Of a stretch of DNA of 64,000 nt, positions 40,247-49,102 are shown in pieces. Positions within the stretch are counted from its first letter, which is position 1; each line of letters begins with the position of its first letter. This DNA comes from Oculina patagonica (taxonomy: Eukaryota). The stretch is from the NCBI RefSeq assembly GCF_052425735.1, contig NC_135769.1:24180001-24244000 (forward strand), read 5' to 3'. A model generated the notes under the pieces. That model was not told the DNA's origin, made no database searches, and was given only the letters and a program-made list of their open reading frames with translations. Made by a program: the position numbers and the translations under genes.

Positions 40247-41302
40247 TTAGTCCCAATCATCATCGAACACCTGTCTGGCAATGTCGGCTTCTTCGCCGTT
40301 ATCAATTGCTACTTCGTCAGAGAAGTCTCCGAGCTCCTCTTCAATTTCACTGCTTGCTTGAGCTGCTCGTTTTCCCTTTACCGAAGAAAGCGCCCGGGTT
40401 CGCGAAGTGGTCAGTCCAGCAACCGATTTTCGTAAACGATCCTGTGCCAATTTGAGCTCAGTTAACGAATTCTTCAGTTCTTCTTCTTTCTGCTTGATAC
40501 TCATCTTTATTTGTGGCGAGAGTCCTCGAGCGCGCAGCGCAGTTATTTCCTCGTTTATTGATTTTATTTCCTGGTCTTGCGCTCGTAATAAATTTAAGTT
40601 CTTGCTGACAGTTTTTGCTGATAAAGCCAACTTGTGCCCCTGAATTTCCCGCGACAGAGATTTTGCCAACTCTTCTTCTCGCTCGGCATCTCGGATGCAC
40701 AGTTCGGTGGCATGTATTCGCCAGTGGGTGTCAATGATCCCATGTAGTTCTTGCTTAGAATATCTGGAAAAGCTAGGCGATGAGCACAACTCTTCCGCTT
40801 TCTCGTTCCAGAACCTATAATAATCTTGTCTTCGGTCTGTGGCCTTTTCTATGGTCGATTCTGGGTACAAATACACTCGCCCACGTGCTGCGCTGTAGTT
40901 TGCAGCTGAAGTCGGAGTCGTTCCAGAGGCCTGAAAGTACTTGAAGACGGGCTGTTGACGCAAACGCTTTGGTTTCGGGGTACTTAGTTCGCTCGAAGCC
41001 CTTTTCGCCACCAACTCTGTTTCCTGAAGGTACAGGTTCAGTGAATCATCGTCATCGTGAACGAGGCATTTTCCTAGTGGGACAAAAGTTTCTTGTCCAG
41101 ATGCTACAGGAATACGTGCACACTCTTGCTTTCCAACGGGCTTTGTAAATATGTAATTAAGGGGAAGGAAATCGTTCACAACTTGCAGTACATTGTTTCT
41201 TGTAGCAGCAAGATCGATTTCCTTTTGCTCGTCAGAAATAAAAACTTGACATTTCAGCTCTTCCCCGACAAACACGTTGACTTCGATATGAGATTTCGCC
41301 AT
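40247..41302 (-). CDS. 351-aa accessory protein of the Zator-like element (compact N-terminal domain, helical W-rich domain, coiled coil, acidic tail)
   Basis: Intact intronless ORF from ATG 41302, divergent from the transposase. Heptad-rich C-terminal half and a KPKRLR NLS-like motif. Confidence 0.75.
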   Translation of the reverse strand: MAKSHIEVNVFVGEELKCQVFISDEQKEIDLAATRNNVLQVVNDFLPLNYIFTKPVGKQECARIPVASGQETFVPLGKCLVHDDDDSLNLYLQETELVAKRASSELSTPKPKRLRQQPVFKYFQASGTTPTSAANYSAARGRVYLYPESTIEKATDRRQDYYRFWNEKAEELCSSPSFSRYSKQELHGIIDTHWRIHATELCIRDAEREEELAKSLSREIQGHKLALSAKTVSKNLNLLRAQDQEIKSINEEITALRARGLSPQIKMSIKQKEEELKNSLTELKLAQDRLRKSVAGLTTSRTRALSSVKGKRAAQASSEIEEELGDFSDEVAIDNGEEADIARQVFDDDWD

Positions 41303-42103
41303 GTTCTTTCTCGTAAAATTATTAAAACGCAAAGGTCCGGAAGTGAAAACAAGTAATCCGAGGGTGGTAAAGTGCTGTGTTGTCAAGTCTACTACGACTT
41401 GACCAGCTTTTGACAACTTTATTTTAAACGACCAATTAAAAAGTGAGAAATTATGGTAAAAGAATCTGTCACTTTTTACAAAGCGGCTATGATGGCGGCT
41501 ATGTGTGAAGTCTATTTACAGAGCTTTCAATGGTTCAATGCCCAGATTTTTGTAGTGTCTTTTTTTCGCTTCCTTTTCTACAAAAAGCTGAACACGAATG
41601 TCTTATGAATGCATCAGCGCGCCAGTATTTGATAAACAGTTTATTTAACACAGTTGGATTAACAATAAACAATCACGCAAATACAGTATACTGTAAGTTG
41701 TGATTAAATATGCTCTTTTATTTCCGGTCACTAAATACGTTATACGGAACTGCAAATTAAAGAATTTGTGTTAAAAGAGAGATATGTATATTCTACTTGA
41801 AAAAACGAAAAGGAGACTACCTCGAAAGCTAATTCAAGTAAGGCAAATGGATTTTGTTTATAGCGGTGCTTTGCCGAGTTGTCTGTAGCCATTCTAGTAT
41901 CAGCATGTGACTCAAGGTGACAATAAAACTTGTGAAATTCAAATTTGATGGTTCACGTGCGCACTACGTGGTCGTATGTTCTTAATTCAAGCTAATTGAA
42001 AAGGATCATTTTGTTTTGATTCGCTTAGTCAAGCTACAGTAGGTCTATAATCGTATCGCAACGAATTTTGAGTAGTCAATATTGTAGGTGATCTGTTAGC
42101 GAC

Positions 42104-45100
42104 ATGTCTTCGCGAATTGCTTCGAAAACGACTGTTGTACCATCAGTCATAAGCACTTTGAGTGTACCACAACTGATGTTTCTGGGAAAAACAGAACGCA
42201 CAACAGATCCATCTTTGATGAGAGAAATGCCTCCACTGAACACGTGCCAAAGAGTTCGCTCGGAGTTATATAAAATGCAAGAGGGTGCATCGGATGAAGT
42301 TCAACAACAGTACAAGCCAGTTGCGAGATGGCAGAATTTTGGCACGTTTTCCAGGGATGACATTGCTTATTTCATCCAGCAGTATCAAATTAAGGCTACT
42401 AAAAGGGAAGTGCGAGATGAAGAAGTGTGGTTTGGTCAACTGTTGACCCTGTCCTCTTCAAAAGCGAACAAATCATTCGTATCTAATGTAAGGAGCTTTA
42501 TGGAACACATTTGGATGGCTTCGCCAAATTCTACCGTATTTTCAAGCGGAGTTACAGCAGAACAGCTCAGTAAATTGTGTTGTGATCGTTGGCTATCGTG
42601 TGACATAATCGATGGTGTCTTTGCAATGATTAACCAAAGAAATGACACTCACTATTTTGCAGTTTGTTCTGAAGCATTAATCCACTCAGTGCGAGCTAAA
42701 CAGCGATTGTGTAGTACTATTACTAACAAACTATCACAATTGAAATACATTCATTTCGCTCTAAACGTAAAACGAATGAATGATGGAAAGGTTTTGGTGG
42801 GAAATGGCAATCATTGGACCTACTTCGCTTTTAGTACTTCACTTGATGAACTCTATTACGGCGATAGTCTTGGTTGGAAGTTGCCTTCAAATCTTCTTAC
42901 AGTTATGAAACCAGTGTTTGAAGCACTTTATGCGTTCAGCGGAAAATCCTACACCAAGCCTAGTTATCCGGTCCTTATGCATCAGCCAGGGGCAGCATTC
43001 GGACAGCACAAGTGTGGTGGTTCTTGCTTCAAAGCTTTTCCACTTCAGACATGTGGCTCCGCATGTGGATTGACACCCATTTTCATGGCGGCAATAGCTG
43101 GAAGCAGGGAAGAACTGTGGAAGCATATGATTAAAGAAAGAAATCCTAATCAAAACGTATTGAAAGATGTGAGAAAAATTACGGAAGTAACACGAAATTC
43201 ACCGGTACTAAGAGCAGCTATTATGGGTTGGTTTGTTCGCTCTGCAGTAACGCTTGATGCGTATCTCATCCCTTCGTTTTCTATCTGTAACACAGCGGCG
43301 GACAGTAACACAGCAAGTCCATCAGCTTCTAGCAAAGCACGTCCGTCAGCTACTAGCACAGCAAGTCCGTCAGCCACTAGCAAAGCAAGTCCGTCAGCTA
43401 CTAGCAAAGCAAGTCCGTCAGCTACTAGCAAAGCAAGTCCGTCAGCTACTAGCACAGCAAGTCCGTCAGCTACTAGCACAGCAAGTCCGTCAGCTACTAG
43501 CAAAGCAAGTCCGTCAGCTACTAGCAAAGCAAGTCCGTCAGCTACTAACGAGGCAAGTCCGTCAGCTACTAGCAAAGCAAGTCCGTCAGCCACTAGCAAA
43601 GCAAGTCCGTCAGCTACTAGCACAGCAAGTCCGTCAGCTACTAGCACAGCAAGTCCGTCAGCTACTAGCACAGCAAGTCCGTCAGCTACTAGCAAAGCAA
43701 GTCCGTCAGCTACTAGCACAGCAAGTCCGTCAGCTACTAGCAAAGCAAGTCCGTCAGCTACTAGCGAAGCAAGTCCGTCAGCTACTAGCACAGCAAGTCC
43801 GTCAGCTACTAGCAAAGCAAATCCGTCAGCCACTAGCAAAGCAAGTCCGTCAGCTACTAGCAAAGCAAGTCCGTCAGCTACTAGCAAAGCAAGTCCGTCA
43901 GCTACTAGCACAGCAAGTCCGTCAGCTACTAGCACAGCAAGTCCGTCAGCTACTAGCAAAGCAAGTCCGTCAGCTACTAGCAAAGCAAGTCCGTCAGCTA
44001 CTAGCAAAGCAAGTCCGTCAGCTACTAGCACAGCAAGTCCGTCAGCTACTAGCACAGCAAGTCCGTCAGCTACTAGCAAAGCAAGTCCGTCAGCTACTAG
44101 CAAAGCAAGTCCGTCAGCTACTAGCGAAGCAAGTCCGTCAGCTACTAGCACAGCAAGTCCGTCAGCTACTAGCAAAGCAAGTCCGTCAGCCACTAGCAAA
44201 GCAAGTCCGTCAGCTACTAGCAAAGCAAGTCCGTCAGCTACTAGCAAAGCAAGTCCGTCAGCTACTAGCACAGCAAGTCCGTCAGCTACTAGCACAGCAA
44301 GTCCGTCAGCTACTAGCAAAGCAAGTCCGTCAGCTACTAGCAAAGCAAGTCCGTCAGCTACTAACGAGGCAAGTCCGTCAGCTACTAGCACAGCAAGTCC
44401 GTCAGCTACTAGCAAAGCAAGTCCGTCAGCCACTAGCAAAGCAAGTCCGTCAGCTACTAGCACAGCAAGTCCGTCAGCTACTAGCACAGCAAGTCCGTCA
44501 GCTACTAGCACAGCAAGTCCGTCAGCTACTAGCAAAGCAAGTCCGTCAGCTACTAGCACAGCAAGTCCGTCAGCTACTAGCACAGCAAGTCCGTCAGCTA
44601 CTAGCACAGCAAGTCCGTCAGCTACTAGCAAAGCAAGTCCGTCAGCTACTAGCAAAGCAAGTCCGTCAGCTACTAGCAAAGCAAGTCCGTCAGCTACTAG
44701 CAAAGCAAGTCCGTCAGCTACTAGCACAGCAAGTCCGTCAGCTACTAGCACAGCAAGTCCGTCAGCTACTAGCACAGCAAGTCCGTCAGCTACTAGCACA
44801 GCAAGTCCGTCAGCTACTAGCACAGCAAGTCCGTCAGCTACTAGCAAACCAAATCCGTCAGCTACTAGCACAGCAAGTCCGTCAGCTACTAGCACATCAA
44901 GTCCGTCAGCAACTAGCACAGCAAGTCCGTCAGCTACTAGCAAACCAAGTCCGTCAGCTACTAGCAAACCAAGTCCGTCAGCTACTAGCACAGCAAAATA
45001 TACATCTGGCGAAACGTTACTTCCATTTCCCGGCGTTTCTAAAAGCTTTTACAAGCAGCAAGGAGAAATTTGGGCTAAAAATAATTCGCGCAATTTAGGG

Positions 45101-48100
45101 CGAACGGAAACAATTTGGATCAAGAAAAACGGCGAAACCGTAGGCAAGTGTAGTGAAAGAAAGAATGGAACTCTAGAAGAGAACATTGCAGAACTGGAAA
45201 TTGCCATACGGATCGAGAAAAGACCTAAAAGAGTCGCTGAACTAAAAAGCATTGTGGAAGTGGCCAAGGAAATAATTTCATGCCGTGTGCTCCCTACCCA
45301 CGGAGCTTTTGACCTTTACTGGAAGCAAAAAAATTTTCATCTTGGAACTGAGAATAAAGGATTTTATAGGGCAAGTGACACTTATGACACCTTATCTCAG
45401 CACCTAAATATTGCTCAAGTTATTGTTTCCGGGACAGGGTATTTATGTGAGGCGTATAATACTGACATCGCTAAACTTCAGGAGACATTAACCTTGATGA
45501 CAAAGGAACATTCAAAGAAAGCTTTTTCTTCTGAGGTTCGCAAGCGACTTAACAATTCATTTCAAACAGCCTTAAGCTGTCTTGGCACCAAAAAAGACAG
45601 AGACATTTTTATGGGAATTTTTGCTCATCTGACGAGTGCCACTACTGTAATGCGACTACGGACTCTTCAAAGCCGGAGAGCAATAGTGCGTCAAGCAGTA
45701 AGAACCGATTCCCTTTTCAGAAACTATGAAACAATGAAGATATCAGTCCTCTCTGTTCGCAATGATATGACTAATAAACAGCAACAGGAGTTTGAAAGAA
45801 AGAAACTGCTAAGACTAACTGCAAAATTTTTCAAATCCATATGTGATGGTCGTGGTCGGAGGCTCAAATGCCAAGAATTTCCAGAACTCCCCGCATTGCT
45901 CGAATATGCATTTGGACAACAAGATGTTCTTGCAAGGGGTGGCGGTGGACTACAGGCGCACTCAAAGTTGTACGAGAATACGTTGTACAAAGCAATGGAT
46001 AACAAAACAATAATGCGTGAAGCTCGTGATGTTATTCTCGCATTGGCCAATGAAAACTTCGACGTTAGTCTTTCCTGTCTTTACACTTATACCATGAACT
46101 ATAAAAAAGGCACACATCAAGCAAAGAGGCATCACATTGGGAGAAACGTGAACGCCAACATATCGCTTCACAAGGCGCCAAGCACAGGAGACTTTAAGCA
46201 TCCGGTGAACGCACATTGGTCCACTTCACATGTTAATTACATTTGTGACGAAGCAAATCAGTACAAAAATTCTTGCATGATAGACTCCAAGGATGCCAAG
46301 TGCATTATAAATGGCGAGCTACCTCCTGTTCTCAAACCTGGAAGGACGTGGAAAAGGGTAGAATATCCTGATCACACCTTTGATCAATCGAGGAACAACG
46401 CTGTGACGCCAATAACTCACTTATTCGTAGAATCAAAAGTTTTGCCTTTTAACACGCCTGCTCTCAATTCTGCCAATCTTAATATCCCAGGAACTCAAAC
46501 AGAGGTTAAAGTTACAAGAACAGGAAAAGCCGTGACATTAATAAACTTGTCACTTTATGAGCCAGAAACCGTGCTAAGAGTGTTTAACGAAGTGTTTTAC
46601 CTCATGTCCATACCAGAACTGGATGCTTTTTTTCGTAACCCAGAAACACTGCAGGTCAAGGAAGTTTTAATTTTTGTTGTCGACAACGGACCATCCGAAG
46701 CACCCGCAAGTAACATTGTTCAGATGTTACTTGCAAGACTAGTCAAATTTTTAAATCTGGACAAAGCTGTTCAGCGATCTTTTGCTGAATATTTGAGCAA
46801 ACGGAACTTTGTAGAGCGTTGTCATGCCGCAGAAAACAAAGCCCTGGAAAGGCATGAACCTTTCAGCTCCAAACAAATCCATCCATCTGCAGTTCCTGGA
46901 ACAGAAGCCCACAAAGAAAACATGGAGAAAATGGCGACTGATGTTAAAGTGGCAATAGATGGTACCATGTTTAACAAAGAACCAATTCGCTGCTTCCGTG
47001 GTGTTGGAAATCGTCTTGTTTTCGACGATGACGAGGGCCTCAAGTACTTCTCTTCCCTGTGCAACGATCGCAAGGAATCGTGTGATCTCCGTTACAGTGC
47101 TGTCAAGAATGGTATATATGGTTATCTTGTCCAAAACTGGGGGGTTAAAGATAACTTCACAGGAAGTTACGCTGATGACTACCGCTCCCTGAAGTCTGAC
47201 GCATCGAAGAGCAAATATTCAGTGTCAGTTTTTCGACAAGATGACAAATGGCGTGGAAAAATACAAGAGAAATTAGAAAGGGAGCCGATTCCTGACCTCT
47301 TGAGGTTCGAACAAACCCGGGCTATGCATTACCTTCCGTACGAGGTTCGCAGAGATTTACCTAAAGGAGAATGGGATGGAATCACACAGCTATTTCTCCC
47401 CTCAGATATCCTTGATTTGTCACAGAAGGTATTCTACCCTAAACCAAATCAAGATATTTTATCCACCATTGCATTTTTAGCCTGGATTCCACTGCGTCAG
47501 GCAGAAGAATTTTTTACTTGTGCGAGCAAGGGTGCAGACCTTTTAGCTGAGGACGATGCTTCCAAAGAAATTTGGTCCAAACATCCCCTCTTCGTCGAGA
47601 ATACTCGAGAGGAACTTGTGGCAATCTGTAGCTCAAAAAAACTTCTGGAAACGGGGAAGAAACACGAACTGGTAGCACGTATTGTGAAAGCAACAGAAGG
47701 AGAAAGTGCGTGTACAGGTTCCTGCAACATATACAGTGGTTACCTTTCCGAAGTCCCATCTTCCGTAGCACAGTTGAACAAGCAGCCAGTGCGTTTTCTT
47801 CGAGCAGTTTTAAGATTCCATGGGTATTGTCCATTGGGCACCAAGGATGAACTTATTATTCGAGTGGGATTGCTAAAGGGCGGCCAAATTCAAACTGCGT
47901 TTAGTAGAGAACGAATGGAACTAGTGAAAAGAATTTCAATTCTAAGGGACATCTACAAGCTACTAGCTCAGGAAAAGGAACATAAGATGTATATTTTTAA
48001 GAGTCGTACCTTTGGTTCAGGCGGTGCTGTTCTTTCAACTAGAGACAAGTGTGGTCTCAAGAAAGAAGTTCAGGACGAAAAACTTGAAGTGCAAGGTACC

Positions 48101-48505
48101 GTTAGCGACATCCTTGATCGACTAGAACAAAGTTTGCTAAAGCTCGAGAATGCTGCAGTTGAAAAACTTGGAAAGAGTGTGAAGCCTCGTGAAGAAATGT
48201 CTGCCGTCCCCTCCAAAAGAAGGAAGTACCAGGAGAACGGAGAAGAAGCAACGCCAAGCAGAAAGTCAACCCGGGAAAAACAACAACCAAAGAAATTGCA
48301 AGAAAGCTGGGTGGCAGAAGAGCGAGAACTTATCACACAAGTAGGAGCCAGGATTAATGTGCTTTGGACTGCAAATGACCTTAAAGGAACCAAGTTCAAA
48401 CCAGGCTGGTACGAGGGGGAAGTACAAGAATACGATGACGACAATGATGTAATTCGCGTACTTTACAAAGATGAAGAGATGGTGACATCTTCAAGGACGA
48501 CTTGA
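42104..48505 (+). CDS. 2133-aa Zator-like transposase fusion: Ulp1/C48-like protease + S/T/A/P repeat + DDE + 2 SAP + Tudor-like
   Basis: Protease motifs WLSCDIID, GNHW, GDSLG, QTCGSACG. Zator-like motifs LYTY..GTHQAKRH, HPVNAHW, DSKDAK, PDHTFD, VDNGPSE, NFVERC. SAP motifs at about 47603-47685 and 47770-47866. C-terminal GWYEGEVQEYD. Confidence 0.85.
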   Translation: MSSRIASKTTVVPSVISTLSVPQLMFLGKTERTTDPSLMREMPPLNTCQRVRSELYKMQEGASDEVQQQYKPVARWQNFGTFSRDDIAYFIQQYQIKATKREVRDEEVWFGQLLTLSSSKANKSFVSNVRSFMEHIWMASPNSTVFSSGVTAEQLSKLCCDRWLSCDIIDGVFAMINQRNDTHYFAVCSEALIHSVRAKQRLCSTITNKLSQLKYIHFALNVKRMNDGKVLVGNGNHWTYFAFSTSLDELYYGDSLGWKLPSNLLTVMKPVFEALYAFSGKSYTKPSYPVLMHQPGAAFGQHKCGGSCFKAFPLQTCGSACGLTPIFMAAIAGSREELWKHMIKERNPNQNVLKDVRKITEVTRNSPVLRAAIMGWFVRSAVTLDAYLIPSFSICNTAADSNTASPSASSKARPSATSTASPSATSKASPSATSKASPSATSKASPSATSTASPSATSTASPSATSKASPSATSKASPSATNEASPSATSKASPSATSKASPSATSTASPSATSTASPSATSTASPSATSKASPSATSTASPSATSKASPSATSEASPSATSTASPSATSKANPSATSKASPSATSKASPSATSKASPSATSTASPSATSTASPSATSKASPSATSKASPSATSKASPSATSTASPSATSTASPSATSKASPSATSKASPSATSEASPSATSTASPSATSKASPSATSKASPSATSKASPSATSKASPSATSTASPSATSTASPSATSKASPSATSKASPSATNEASPSATSTASPSATSKASPSATSKASPSATSTASPSATSTASPSATSTASPSATSKASPSATSTASPSATSTASPSATSTASPSATSKASPSATSKASPSATSKASPSATSKASPSATSTASPSATSTASPSATSTASPSATSTASPSATSTASPSATSKPNPSATSTASPSATSTSSPSATSTASPSATSKPSPSATSKPSPSATSTAKYTSGETLLPFPGVSKSFYKQQGEIWAKNNSRNLGRTETIWIKKNGETVGKCSERKNGTLEENIAELEIAIRIEKRPKRVAELKSIVEVAKEIISCRVLPTHGAFDLYWKQKNFHLGTENKGFYRASDTYDTLSQHLNIAQVIVSGTGYLCEAYNTDIAKLQETLTLMTKEHSKKAFSSEVRKRLNNSFQTALSCLGTKKDRDIFMGIFAHLTSATTVMRLRTLQSRRAIVRQAVRTDSLFRNYETMKISVLSVRNDMTNKQQQEFERKKLLRLTAKFFKSICDGRGRRLKCQEFPELPALLEYAFGQQDVLARGGGGLQAHSKLYENTLYKAMDNKTIMREARDVILALANENFDVSLSCLYTYTMNYKKGTHQAKRHHIGRNVNANISLHKAPSTGDFKHPVNAHWSTSHVNYICDEANQYKNSCMIDSKDAKCIINGELPPVLKPGRTWKRVEYPDHTFDQSRNNAVTPITHLFVESKVLPFNTPALNSANLNIPGTQTEVKVTRTGKAVTLINLSLYEPETVLRVFNEVFYLMSIPELDAFFRNPETLQVKEVLIFVVDNGPSEAPASNIVQMLLARLVKFLNLDKAVQRSFAEYLSKRNFVERCHAAENKALERHEPFSSKQIHPSAVPGTEAHKENMEKMATDVKVAIDGTMFNKEPIRCFRGVGNRLVFDDDEGLKYFSSLCNDRKESCDLRYSAVKNGIYGYLVQNWGVKDNFTGSYADDYRSLKSDASKSKYSVSVFRQDDKWRGKIQEKLEREPIPDLLRFEQTRAMHYLPYEVRRDLPKGEWDGITQLFLPSDILDLSQKVFYPKPNQDILSTIAFLAWIPLRQAEEFFTCASKGADLLAEDDASKEIWSKHPLFVENTREELVAICSSKKLLETGKKHELVARIVKATEGESACTGSCNIYSGYLSEVPSSVAQLNKQPVRFLRAVLRFHGYCPLGTKDELIIRVGLLKGGQIQTAFSRERMELVKRISILRDIYKLLAQEKEHKMYIFKSRTFGSGGAVLSTRDKCGLKKEVQDEKLEVQGTVSDILDRLEQSLLKLENAAVEKLGKSVKPREEMSAVPSKRRKYQENGEEATPSRKSTREKQQPKKLQESWVAEERELITQVGARINVLWTANDLKGTKFKPGWYEGEVQEYDDDNDVIRVLYKDEEMVTSSRTT
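43308..44995 (+). repeat. Coding 24-bp minisatellite, about 70 copies (TASPSATS/KASPSATS)
   Basis: Directly visible A(C/A)AGCAAGTCCGTCAGCTACTAGC units. Confidence 0.98.
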
Positions 48506-48900
48506 GCGTTACTGTTGCTTTGGCCGAGGGGTTAATAACCTTAAAGCGGGCAAAAACATATTAATTAGTTGAAACAAACAGGTAGTACAATGGAACCTTA
48601 ACATAACGAAAGGCCGGAATAGAAAATTGTGTAAGCTTTTACGAGGTCTGCTGTATTGAAGTTATTTTTTATATGTTCCTCTAACTGAGAAGAAGAATAT
48701 CGTTCGTTACCGCAGAAGACTTTGTTACACAGAGGTTCGTTATAGAGTTGAGGTTCCGCTGTGTTACAGACTAGAGAAATCTTAGTTTCGTTGTAAATCC
48801 CGCATTTCCCATTTTATCTAGTTGTCAAAACACCACTGCAACCAGTTTCTTCAAGATGTTTATTTTTAAAGTTTATGGAAAAATTTACATCGAACTTAAT

Positions 48901-49102
48901 AGGGGCCTTGCCAGGGTGGTCCCCGAGTCGCTTCTGAATTTCAAAATGCCCGGTGTCGGCTGTTTCATCGGTCATTATAGGCCTTTTTGTCACTTGTCGG
49001 AATTTGGCAAGAAAGGTTATTACTTGTCGCAGTTTCATTTCATGTGCTGTCGCTACTTTTTGGGCCATGTCACTTGTCGGAATTTACCCTGGCATGGCCT
49101 CT
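48901..49102. mobile_element. Small MITE inside the Zator-like element
   Basis: AGGGGCCTTGCCAGGGT / ACCCTGGCATGGCCTCT termini, flanked by TAAT. Confidence 0.55.

Noticed and set aside
43308-44995. CRISPR-like array
   Set aside because: The units are contiguous with no unique spacers, there are no cas genes, and the context is eukaryotic.
43150-45098. 613-aa (- strand) and 614-aa (+ strand) ORFs overlapping the transposase
   Set aside because: They result from the stop-free 24-bp repeat and end close to the repeat boundaries.
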